Below are positions 37,106 through 45,830 of a stretch of DNA of 64,000 bases, piece after piece. The translations under genes were made by a program, and so were the position numbers. Source of the stretch: a bacterium (GTDB lineage Bacteria > Bacteroidota > Ignavibacteria > SZUA-365); NCBI GenBank assembly GCA_020444325.1, contig JAHLLD010000014.1, forward strand, positions 41,410 to 105,409. The letters run 5' to 3'. Below the pieces are notes generated by a model. The model was not told the DNA's origin, searched no databases, and was given only the letters and a program-made list of their open reading frames with translations. Positions within the stretch are counted from its first letter, which is position 1. Every line of letters starts with the position of its first letter.

Positions 37106-37636
37106 TCATTGGAAGGAAAACGACATCCCTGGGCCCGGTCCGATCAAAAGCGCCAGGCCAATCATGTCCATCGCAAAGCCAATTGGTGTCAGCACCACCC
37201 TCCACCAGACAGGGAAGTGCAAGCGCTGAACGGCCGCAATCTCGACGGTATCGACGACGCTGATCCCTTCCGGAGTTTGCAGTCGCAATCCGTAAAACTC
37301 TCCCCCGGGAGGTCTCTCACCCTGACGATGCCAGACGGCTGGTACAAACGTGCCCTGATCACGGGTCAGGAGACTGTCCCCACTCTTCCAGAGTCCCGCC
37401 CCGAAATATGCACCGTCCAGACGCGTACTGTCCTTCAGTACGCACTGCACGGTCTCCCCGCTCCGCAGGTACCGCCAGGTCTCTGAGGGAGCAAAGGACT
37501 GCGTCCCTTCATTGTTATGATCCAGCCAGCTTCCCCCCGAATATCCAAGAAAGGTAAAGCATCCCTGAAGGGTGAGGACAGGCACCAGCGATAACAGCAG
37601 CAGATACCTTGCGGATTTACCAGTCAGTAGCTTCAC
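37106..37636 (-). CDS. hypothetical lipoprotein
   Basis: The GTG start is preceded by GGAGGA. The lipobox is VLTLQG|C. There is a C-terminal hydrophobic segment (VVLTPIGFAMDMIGLALLIG). Confidence 0.65.
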   Translation of the reverse strand: MKLLTGKSARYLLLLSLVPVLTLQGCFTFLGYSGGSWLDHNNEGTQSFAPSETWRYLRSGETVQCVLKDSTRLDGAYFGAGLWKSGDSLLTRDQGTFVPAVWHRQGERPPGGEFYGLRLQTPEGISVVDTVEIAAVQRLHFPVWWRVVLTPIGFAMDMIGLALLIGPGPGMSFSFQ

Positions 37637-37730
37637 GTATCCTCCGTTCTCGGTGACTTTGCCGCAAAAATAGGGATAAGCGGAGATAGATGTATCATAT
37701 GGAACTTGAGAGATGCTATGAACGGATGGC

Positions 37731-38729
37731 TCATTCGTTGACGATCATCCTGTGCCTTCCGACGGCGGTATGCTCGAGTACGAATTGCAGGGAGTATTCC
37801 TCCAGCACTGCCGACTCGCCTGTTGAAGCATCCCATTCCCAGCTCGGTGAGGCAGCATTGAGTCCCATACCGATGTCCAGAAGCAGACCAGGTCCAACGG
37901 TGAGCAGCATATTCTGCATAAGATCTCCATCGCTTGCGCTGGTGGCGAGGGTGAGTGCAAGGAGTCCGCCACCCCCGAGCAGCAGTGTTCCCCACGGCGC
38001 CGTGGAGATATTGCCATAGTAACTAACATGGGAGAGATCGGTTAATGAGACAATGGAAATCTCGTTCGGCTGTCCGACAAGGGTGTCTGGCGATTCTTCA
38101 ACGAGTACCGTGACATTTTCTTCGGAAATCTCCAGAAGGCGCCCCTCAAATTCCCTTCCGTCACTGAGAGAAAACTCCAGTTGCGGAACCAGCTCTCGCA
38201 CTGAGGCATATCCGTACTTGCGTTTCCAGTCCACATCTGATGGGACATCCTCCATGAGGCGATATTCCAGCGCAGCGGCGTCGTGTGGGACTGCAGGCGA
38301 GTATATCTCAGGATCCGAAGCCGATGCGAGCCCGGCAATCAGTCCTGCAATAGTCCCCAATCCCGCAACCATGATAAACGCAATCCCTCCACCCAATCCG
38401 CCCGTCGAGCCAGCGGCAATTATCCCAAGCAATCCCGAGCCAAGAGTAACTGGTAAAAAAGTACCGAAGACCGTTGATCCTTCGTCGAACGTGAGCGCTC
38501 GTACGGAGTCCATCCCGATTCTCACCGTGTCGACAAGGCGTGTTTTATTCCATTCCCCCACATAGCGCGCCTCGACAGTGGTCAGCATCCCATCCCCGTA
38601 ACCAGCAATGTCGACCTCCTTCTCCTTCCCAGACGAGAACTCCACTGTCACGTCATCCACCTGGGAAAACGCATTCCCCGCACACAGCAGAAGAACGCTC
38701 AGTATCGCCACCACTCTTATTCGCGTCAT
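37731..38729 (-). CDS. hypothetical secreted protein with glycine-zipper-like membrane segments
   Basis: The ORF track gives 37731..38858, but that start lies inside palindrome copy 8. ATG 38729 gives MTRIRVVAILSVLLLCAGNAFS|Q. Gly-rich hydrophobic tracts are LGSGLLGIIAAGSTGGLGGGIAFIMVAGLGTIAGLIAGLASA and LLLGGGGLLALTLA. Confidence 0.65.
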   Translation of the reverse strand: MTRIRVVAILSVLLLCAGNAFSQVDDVTVEFSSGKEKEVDIAGYGDGMLTTVEARYVGEWNKTRLVDTVRIGMDSVRALTFDEGSTVFGTFLPVTLGSGLLGIIAAGSTGGLGGGIAFIMVAGLGTIAGLIAGLASASDPEIYSPAVPHDAAALEYRLMEDVPSDVDWKRKYGYASVRELVPQLEFSLSDGREFEGRLLEISEENVTVLVEESPDTLVGQPNEISIVSLTDLSHVSYYGNISTAPWGTLLLGGGGLLALTLATSASDGDLMQNMLLTVGPGLLLDIGMGLNAASPSWEWDASTGESAVLEEYSLQFVLEHTAVGRHRMIVNE

Positions 38730-38832
38730 TTCCAATGATCCCGTCTGTGTTACATGCAGCTGGAATCTACACGCCATGGCGGGGACGAATGTCACGGGGA
38801 TGTCAAAAGAAGCGGGCGCTCCACAAAAACAG

Positions 38833-38868
38833 CCCGGGAAATTATGCAGAAAGTGCATATTTCCCGGG
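38833..38868. repeat. palindromic intergenic element, copy 8, extended (CCCGGGAAATTATGCA-GAAAG-TGCATATTTCCCGGG)
   Basis: This is the longest copy, with arms of 15-16 nt. It starts 53 nt downstream of the stop of 38921..40954(-). On the minus strand it is followed by CTGTTTTTG, so it could terminate that operon. It also lies 104 nt upstream of the start at 38729. Confidence 0.85.
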
Positions 38869-38920
38869 CTGGAGGGGTGGTTGTGCTATTGTGACGGGTT
38901 GTGGGACCCGAATGAAAAGT

Positions 38921-40954
38921 CTATTTACTCAGGATGATATTCCTCGCGCTGTGGACGGTGGGACCGGTGAGGATCACGGTGTAGCTGCCGCTGGGGAGCG
39001 CGAGGCCGTTGCTGTCTTTTCCGTCGAAGAGGATGCTGTGCGTGCCGGGTGCGAGATGGGAGAGGTCGATCACGCGCACGAGGCGGCCGAGCATGTCGTA
39101 GATCCGCAGCTGCAATGCACTCCCCGCCTCGCGGTCGGTGATGCGAATGAGTATCTGCGTCTGCGGGTTGAAGGGATTGGGATAGTTACCGAGGATGCAG
39201 GTTGTCGCAGGCAGCGCTGTGCTGGATGCGCTTTCCTCCACACCGGTGAGAACAGTGGTATAGTCGGCGATGTAAGCGGTGTAGCGGCAGCGGATGCCGG
39301 AAGCGAGACTGATGGCGACGAGGCTGTCTTTGAGGGACTGGCGCTCGCCGTGCACAACGATCTCCCGCTCCATGCCGTCGATGGTGAGCTTGGCCCAGAG
39401 CAGTCCGGCGATGGAATGGAGTCCGGTCGTGTCCCCGCTGAAGTCCAGGTTGAAGGTGTATTCCTCATGTCCCCCTGCGCCTTCACCGAACAGTGTCATG
39501 TTGCTGCTGCCGGGATTCCGGTAGCGTCCGGCAGTGAGCGTGTGGAGTCCGGCAAACAGCGGGGGCACGGGATCGGGCCGCAGGCTGTGAACATCCACCT
39601 CGGGGTATTCGAGCCGCACTTCGCGCATGACGGGACGCACGACGGAGTGCAGGGTCCGCACCATGGCCGCCGCAGCCACGGTGCCCACATCAAAGAAGCG
39701 CGCGAACCCTGCATTTTGCTCCGCAATCATTTCCAGCCGCGCACGGTCGGCCGACGCGCCCATGCCCAGCATGACCAGCGATGCATTATGTGTATTGTAG
39801 CCCGTGATTTCGTCAGGATCGCCGGGTGATCGTCCGGTACTCATGGTGATGATGATGTTCTGCAGGTTGTCGTCCGGCACGAGCGACAGTGCGATCATCA
39901 GCGCGGTTCCCAGCGCAGTGCCGCCTGAAGCGGGATGATTATCCAGCCACTCCCCGGCCGCAATGATGTTCTCTTCGGTGGCTGGAGCAAATCCGTTATG
40001 CAGCGGTTCCACCTGGTGATTGAAGGCGACGATCTCAAAGCTGTCTCCTTCGTCCAGCAGCTGCAGGGCGGATTTCACCGCACTGCGCATTTGTTCGAGG
40101 GGATAGCCGTACATGTTCGAAGAACGGTCGACGCAGAAAATCACGCGTTTGGGGAGGCTGACGGTGGCGGCTTCGGTGTCGGCGGGACGAATAATAGTCG
40201 CGTAGTAGCCATCCTCCCCCGCAGCCTTGGAGGAAAAGAAATCCACGGTGAGAGAGTCGTCGTCAGCCGTCCATCGGAATTCCATATCACGGGCGATGTA
40301 GCTTTTCGACGCGCGGCTGCGGAGCGTCAGTGACTGCTCACTCCGCTCCAGCTCCGTTACATCCCCATCCACATCCATCCGATAATCCTCCAGCGCAGTG
40401 TTGCCGTCGAGATGGATGGTGAATTCCACCACGTCCACCGGCCACTGCACGAGATCCGAGGTCGCGAGGGGATACGTGTACACGGCTTCGCCGGAATGGT
40501 AATCGCAGACGTTGATGTAATGCAGCTCGATGCGTTGCACCGTCCAGGGCTCGATACCCTTGAGTTCGATTTTGAGTCCATCCTCCCCCACGTAATGATT
40601 GACGATGGCCGGAATGCCACCTTCGCCGGTGCCGGGAATGGTGGATTGAAACTGCTCCTTCAACACGGCCTGGAACAGTGTGTCGTGCCGCCAGTAAAGG
40701 AATTTCGTCGCGCGTGCATCCGCAGGCAGCGGGAAAGCCCACACGGCGTCCGTTGTCTGTGACCATGCGTTTGTGAATTCCTGGTATACCACGGTTTCGG
40801 CCACGAGTCCGGTGATATTCACTTCCACCCGTGTCATGCGGTTGCGCAGCAGCTGGCCGGGATAGTTCTTATTGTTGCTGACCAGGATGCCATTGGCCAG
40901 CGCCGTGCCCTGCAGGAGCAGGAGGAGTGCGATACATTTCCATAGCTGTTTCAT
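38921..40954 (-). CDS. VIT + vWA domain protein with a T9SS C-terminal sorting domain
   Basis: The ORF track gives 38921..41110. ATG 40954 follows GAGGAGGAG and gives MKQLWKCIALLLLLQGTALA. The region is VIT-like (VEVNITGLVAETVVYQEFTN...AVWAFPLP). The vWA MIDAS motif is VIFCVDRSSNMYG with GGTALGTAL. The CTD reads NYPNPFNPQTQILIRI...GSYTVILTG. Confidence 0.85.
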   Translation of the reverse strand: MKQLWKCIALLLLLQGTALANGILVSNNKNYPGQLLRNRMTRVEVNITGLVAETVVYQEFTNAWSQTTDAVWAFPLPADARATKFLYWRHDTLFQAVLKEQFQSTIPGTGEGGIPAIVNHYVGEDGLKIELKGIEPWTVQRIELHYINVCDYHSGEAVYTYPLATSDLVQWPVDVVEFTIHLDGNTALEDYRMDVDGDVTELERSEQSLTLRSRASKSYIARDMEFRWTADDDSLTVDFFSSKAAGEDGYYATIIRPADTEAATVSLPKRVIFCVDRSSNMYGYPLEQMRSAVKSALQLLDEGDSFEIVAFNHQVEPLHNGFAPATEENIIAAGEWLDNHPASGGTALGTALMIALSLVPDDNLQNIIITMSTGRSPGDPDEITGYNTHNASLVMLGMGASADRARLEMIAEQNAGFARFFDVGTVAAAAMVRTLHSVVRPVMREVRLEYPEVDVHSLRPDPVPPLFAGLHTLTAGRYRNPGSSNMTLFGEGAGGHEEYTFNLDFSGDTTGLHSIAGLLWAKLTIDGMEREIVVHGERQSLKDSLVAISLASGIRCRYTAYIADYTTVLTGVEESASSTALPATTCILGNYPNPFNPQTQILIRITDREAGSALQLRIYDMLGRLVRVIDLSHLAPGTHSILFDGKDSNGLALPSGSYTVILTGPTVHSARNIILSK

Positions 40955-40968
40955 TTCTCTCTCCTCCT

Positions 40969-43404
40969 CTATTTCGCGTAAACGATGCGTGTGGAAGTGC
41001 GCGACGGTGCGCCGTTCGGGGTCCGTGAATTCAGCTGAATGAAGTACACACCTGATGCCGCCGGTGCAGTGCTGCCGTTTGTCGCGTGTGTTGCGGATTC
41101 CGCATTCCACCGCAGCTCATACTGACTGCGCGTGCCGTCCAACTGATAGCGCGACACTTCCCTGCCGCTGATGTCGTGCACGGTGAGCGTGGAAGGACCG
41201 TGTACATCCTGTACGTGAATGGTGACGGCGGGATTGAAGGGATTGGGATAGCAGTGCAGACGCGGTTCGGCGGGAGTACCGCCCGGGGGAGCCTGCATGA
41301 TCCAGTTCGCTTTTCCCCCCTTTCCGCCATAATGCACTTCCAGTTCGATCTGACGCGAATCCGCATCCGGGTCTGGCGTGAAATAGCTGAGCCGGAAGAC
41401 TGAAGCGACGTCGAAGCGACCAATCTCCATCAGGATATCGCGGAAATTTCCGTTGATATCGAAGTACGATCCGGCGGTGGGATACGTGATGCGCTCGTAC
41501 TCACCGCGGGACGCACGACTGCCGATGCAGTGTACGAGTATGGCCTTGTTCAGGAGTTCGGGCAGCAGGGTTTCGACCGTACGCGGCGTTATGTGATCCT
41601 TCTCATGATAGCCGGCATCGGTAATCCAAATCACAATGCGCTGGGCGGTGGGACGATATTCCAGCCGGGTGGCTTCCCACAGGGCGTCGAGCGAATTTTC
41701 AGGGCTATCACCACCACCATACGCCTGCTGTGCGGCCACCCAGCTTTTAAACACTTCCACGCTGTCGGTCATGCCGTAGACATGTTTGATGGCATCGGAA
41801 AACGTAACGAGTCCCAGCCGATAACTGACGCCGTTTTCCACGAGAAGGTCGGCGAAGGATTGCACATTGTCGCGCACGGAGGCGATTTCACCGGCCATGC
41901 TGCCGGTCACATCGAGCACGAAGGCGACGTCCACCGCATTCACTTCCCCGCGATTCTCCTTCCCGAGATCGAACTCGCTGATATGCACACCGTTCTCGAA
42001 CAGCGTGACGTGATCAGGACGAAGAGTAAGAACCGACACATCGGTTTTCTCATCCTTCACCGTGAAATACATGCTGATTCTCGGGGCAGGATCCATTTGC
42101 ACCGTGTCGATGTCCACCGCGAGTCCGGTATCCACCAGCGCGACGGCGGGAAGGTACACCCAGCGGGTCAGGCTGTCGATGATCTCACCACCGACCCTGA
42201 GTGTCACCTGCATGGGCGTGATGGACTCTTCAAATTTCTCGGTCGATTTATACGTGTAACTGCAGTACCCGTAACCATCCTTTTCCAGAGCGGTGTTCTG
42301 CACTTCGGAGGTCGGATACAGCGCATCTTCCTCACTGCCGGAAGCATTGAACCAGGCAGAAGAAATGCGTGCACCGCTGGCGTTCAAGGTTTCAATTGAA
42401 ACCGAGAAACTGTTCGGGAAAAGCACGCCGTCGCTGAGCGTCAGCGCGGTAGGCATATCCCAGCGCATGAACGCGCGGGATGAGAAGCGCGGCTCCAGCA
42501 CGGCGAGTTCCGCTGAAGCCATGGCGGCTTCGCCGGTGGCGAGGGGCTGCAACCGCCAGACGGGACGCAGCACCACGTCGAAGAGACGCGTGGGACGCTG
42601 CAGACGGGGATCGAAATTCTCGCCCAGCGCCGGCTGCCAGTTCATGATCTCGAGGGAATCGGGTCCCTCGCCGGGATACCCCAATTCCGCCCGTATCCCC
42701 GCATTCTCCCGCTGCACGCGTTCCTGCAGTACGACAGGACTCTGTGACGCCATTCCCTTCAATACCTGCGCATCCTCGACAAGCACATCATCGCAGTACA
42801 CCGCCGCATCGCCCCATCGTCCGAGCGCCGCATCCAGCTGAAACGCCAGTGCAGCGTTCTGCACGTTGGATGAGAGATTCTCGATCGAAGCCTCCAGCGT
42901 GAGGACACCCGTCGTGGGCTCCTGAAGTACGCGCAGTATGAGGCGGCAGACGTCCGGACGCTCGGCGATCATTTCCATTGTATCCACACGCGTCTGCAAC
43001 CGGCACTCCGCATCAGAAAAGAAGCGATCCACCCGTTGCCAGGCACCGTCCCAGAAAAACTCAATGAAGGAAGTAAGCGCGTACGGGTGGCCGAAGGTCA
43101 GCTGGCAGTTATCGTCCTGCATCATCGACGACCTGCCCCCGGTCGTGCCGAAAGTAAAGTATCCATCCCTCAGCAGCGTCGCCCCGCTGACCGGATTCCC
43201 CAGCACCGCATGATCCGGCGTCCTTGTCGTTTTCGCCAGCGATGCCTCCTGCTGTCCCTGCTGCTGCCGCTCCCACACCGAGGCATCAATGTCATACATC
43301 CCCTTATTCCGCCCCATCCCCTTATCCTGCGCCACCCCCTTATCCTGCGCCACCCCCTGCATCGCAAGCACAAGCAGCAGCCCAACCACACCCAGTAGTT
43401 TCAT
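40969..43404 (-). CDS. vWA-domain protein with a T9SS C-terminal sorting domain
   Basis: The signal peptide is MKLLGVVGLLLVLAMQGVA|Q. The vWA motifs are VAFVLDVTGSMAGE, YGGGDSPENS and IVIWITDAGYH. The CTD reads CYPNPFNPAVTIHV...GVYFIQL. It ends 14 nt before the next gene start, so the two are probably an operon. Confidence 0.85.
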   Translation of the reverse strand: MKLLGVVGLLLVLAMQGVAQDKGVAQDKGMGRNKGMYDIDASVWERQQQGQQEASLAKTTRTPDHAVLGNPVSGATLLRDGYFTFGTTGGRSSMMQDDNCQLTFGHPYALTSFIEFFWDGAWQRVDRFFSDAECRLQTRVDTMEMIAERPDVCRLILRVLQEPTTGVLTLEASIENLSSNVQNAALAFQLDAALGRWGDAAVYCDDVLVEDAQVLKGMASQSPVVLQERVQRENAGIRAELGYPGEGPDSLEIMNWQPALGENFDPRLQRPTRLFDVVLRPVWRLQPLATGEAAMASAELAVLEPRFSSRAFMRWDMPTALTLSDGVLFPNSFSVSIETLNASGARISSAWFNASGSEEDALYPTSEVQNTALEKDGYGYCSYTYKSTEKFEESITPMQVTLRVGGEIIDSLTRWVYLPAVALVDTGLAVDIDTVQMDPAPRISMYFTVKDEKTDVSVLTLRPDHVTLFENGVHISEFDLGKENRGEVNAVDVAFVLDVTGSMAGEIASVRDNVQSFADLLVENGVSYRLGLVTFSDAIKHVYGMTDSVEVFKSWVAAQQAYGGGDSPENSLDALWEATRLEYRPTAQRIVIWITDAGYHEKDHITPRTVETLLPELLNKAILVHCIGSRASRGEYERITYPTAGSYFDINGNFRDILMEIGRFDVASVFRLSYFTPDPDADSRQIELEVHYGGKGGKANWIMQAPPGGTPAEPRLHCYPNPFNPAVTIHVQDVHGPSTLTVHDISGREVSRYQLDGTRSQYELRWNAESATHATNGSTAPAASGVYFIQLNSRTPNGAPSRTSTRIVYAK
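43301..43354 (-). repeat. three tandem 18-bp in-frame repeats just after the signal peptide of 40969..43404
   Basis: The plus-strand units are CCCTTATTCCGCCCCATC, CCCTTATCCTGCGCCACC and CCCTTATCCTGCGCCACC. They encode QDKGVA-QDKGVA-QDKGMG-RNKGM on the minus strand. Confidence 0.8.
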
Positions 43405-43608
43405 GGTATCCTCTCCGTTGAAATGACGATTCAGGGGGAAGACACATGAAGGGGGAGGAAATTCCCTAGCGCGAATGCATCGTGCCCTACCAAAAAGACG
43501 AGAGCGGCTTGTCAGGCCAGTCGGACATATGTAGAAACACCACCCTACTTACGATATGTCGCATGAGATGAAGGATTTATCTCTGAACGCCTTCCTCCAA
43601 GGGCGCTC

Positions 43609-44418
43609 TCATTTAGGATGGAAAGGAATAAACTTGGCTTCTTTCCTACTGTTAAGTATACTCTTCACATCCTCCTCCTTCGGTGAAATAAATTCTTTAG
43701 TCTCGTCTCGGCGCTGAATTCTTTCCAACCGTTCGTTCGAATAACTTGAATCAAATTGCATCTCATATTTGCGTAGCAAATGATACATCTCTGGATTCGA
43801 AGCCTCTAGTTGCTTGACTTCCATCGAATCGCGAATAACCCTCGCCCTGAAGATAACGGAGTCACGCACTAGTGCATCCGGTGACACATACGGATTCATT
43901 GAAACTGTTTGCAATGCAGCAAAGGCATTTTCCGTTGTTGCGGTATCTGATTCAATCATACGCATGTATGCGGTTGACATCATCATCCCATTTAGAATTC
44001 TATCACACAATACGGCGATCCCACAAACTTGAAGAGAATCCCATGCCAGTACGGTAGCATTCCCACCAAAACCATTTGCCAAGGCATACGCAGCCTTGGT
44101 CCGATTCAAGTCAATCTGCAGGTAAGCTAGACCAGTTCTAATATTCTCGGTTTTGTTTGCTAGAAAGCTTCGAAAAGGAATAATGGAATTGTAGCCCACT
44201 TCGGGGGCAATCTCCTGAACACGTACGGTGTCCTGAAGGACGAGCTTGGCCTGGATAGCTGATATATATGTCATGAACAGACTTGACCACTCATACTTTG
44301 TTAATAGTGCCTGGTAATCCTGTTCCAGATCCTGACCATAGCTTGTCGTAACAACAAGCGAAAGCACCAAACATAGGCGTATTAACATCTTTATTACTCG
44401 TCGATTGTGAATAGTCAT
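43609..44418 (-). CDS. hypothetical secreted helical protein (AT-rich islet gene 2)
   Basis: The 269-aa product has the signal peptide ..MLIRLCLVLSLVVTTSYG|Q. The start could instead be the internal ATG at 44388. Its start overlaps the upstream stop in an ATGA arrangement. No family recognised. Confidence 0.7.
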   Translation of the reverse strand: MTIHNRRVIKMLIRLCLVLSLVVTTSYGQDLEQDYQALLTKYEWSSLFMTYISAIQAKLVLQDTVRVQEIAPEVGYNSIIPFRSFLANKTENIRTGLAYLQIDLNRTKAAYALANGFGGNATVLAWDSLQVCGIAVLCDRILNGMMMSTAYMRMIESDTATTENAFAALQTVSMNPYVSPDALVRDSVIFRARVIRDSMEVKQLEASNPEMYHLLRKYEMQFDSSYSNERLERIQRRDETKEFISPKEEDVKSILNSRKEAKFIPFHPK

Positions 44419-44993
44419 GGTGATTGCTGAACAAGATCTTCACCCAATACCAACCTTGCCGTTCGGGAACCTGCATATGTAAGATACCCAATGTATGGTT
44501 GGTCCTGAAGCGCTCTTCTAATCGCAACTTGGACACGACCCACCTGCTCTGGGAACACCAGAATAACCGTATTTTCCTCTACAAACTTTGTAACCGCCAG
44601 CCCCCGCTCTGTTAGATCAATTTCGATGGCACCGTCCCAATCAATAGCAATTTCCTGGCCGTTTTTATCAAAAATGTTATAAACAGCAATCGCTTCTTCG
44701 GGTTTTGCGAGATAGTTCAATAGAAAAAGGAGACCAAGGCATGCAGCGAAGGAACCGGTTGTGGTAAAAAGAAACCCTTTCAGCTCCATTTTAAACCGCG
44801 ATGCGGCCTCAGCCCCGAACAGTATAGCGGGCAGTATCGCAATCAGCAAAAACAATACAACTCTGGAGGTAGGCGCATAAACAATAGTAGGAGAAAGTGA
44901 TACGTACAAGCCCAGAGCGACAATAATGACAGCGATGCCAATTTTCAGCCACCCGAGTTGTTCCAGATATTTCTTTCCTTGAGGCGTTGGCAT
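44415..44993 (-). CDS. hypothetical membrane protein, three TM helices plus a ~90-aa soluble C-terminal domain (AT-rich islet gene 1)
   Basis: GGAGG precedes the ATG. The TM helices are LKIGIAVIIVALGLYVSL, VVLFLLIAILPAILFGA and FLFTTTGSFAACLGLLFLL. No family recognised. Confidence 0.7.
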   Translation of the reverse strand: MPTPQGKKYLEQLGWLKIGIAVIIVALGLYVSLSPTIVYAPTSRVVLFLLIAILPAILFGAEAASRFKMELKGFLFTTTGSFAACLGLLFLLNYLAKPEEAIAVYNIFDKNGQEIAIDWDGAIEIDLTERGLAVTKFVEENTVILVFPEQVGRVQVAIRRALQDQPYIGYLTYAGSRTARLVLGEDLVQQSP

Positions 44994-45266
44994 GTGACCT
45001 CCATTTTAAACGGATTCTATCATTTCCATTGTTGTGTAAACAACTCGCTCGGGGTGCAACGCCGAACAGTTGAGTTCTACACAGAGCTCTTACTTTGCGT
45101 AAACGACAGAGCTACAATACAAAATCGCAACGTATATGTCAAGAGTTATTAGTCTTATTTGTGCTCTTTCTCTTATTTCTCCTTAATCTTGATAAATATT
45201 GTCCGTTTGCGTATTATTTCCCGTTACTTGTCGTATTCCACATACATTTTTTCGAGGAGGTGTTCC

Positions 45267-45812
45267 GTGAAAGAACGCATTTCACGGAAAGGATACGCAG
45301 GCGCAATCCGCACCGCGACGCGGAACAGCGTGTTCTTTCTTCTTCTGATCCTCTGTGCGAGCGTGCTTCCGGCGACGGCGCAGCAGGAGCATCGCAGCAC
45401 TGTTTCTCCAGCGGGAGAAACGGCCCGCGCACCGGGATTGTCCCTATCGTGGACGCTCGGCGATCTCGCTACAGGATATTATCGTACTCCCACAATGCAG
45501 TACAGGGAAGGATTCCAGTCCGCACACCTGCGTGTGACGGTGGTGGAAGCCCTGCCGGAGGCATGGAATGTCGAGGTATACCCGAATCCGACGCAATCGG
45601 GACTGTCGGTAGACCTGGGCACACAGCATCCTGTGCGGGCACTGACATTGTATGACCTCAGCGGACGAGAGCTGCGCACGCTCCCGGTAGAACCCGCCGC
45701 GAGACAGGCGCAGCTGCAGCTCGACGAACTGCCGTCAGGCACGTACATCCTCCGCGTCAGCGATGCCCAGGGCAGGCCCGCGGGAAGTTATCAGATCAGG
45801 AAAGTCCATTAA
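45267..45812 (+). CDS. small T9SS-sorted protein
   Basis: The ORF track gives 45159..45812. GTG 45267 lies 6 nt after GAGGAGG. The signal peptide is ..VFFLLLILCASVLPATA|QQ. The CTD reads VEVYPNPTQSGLSVDL...GTYILRVSD. Confidence 0.7.
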   Translation: MKERISRKGYAGAIRTATRNSVFFLLLILCASVLPATAQQEHRSTVSPAGETARAPGLSLSWTLGDLATGYYRTPTMQYREGFQSAHLRVTVVEALPEAWNVEVYPNPTQSGLSVDLGTQHPVRALTLYDLSGRELRTLPVEPAARQAQLQLDELPSGTYILRVSDAQGRPAGSYQIRKVH

Positions 45813-45830
45813 TATAGAGAACGAATCATC

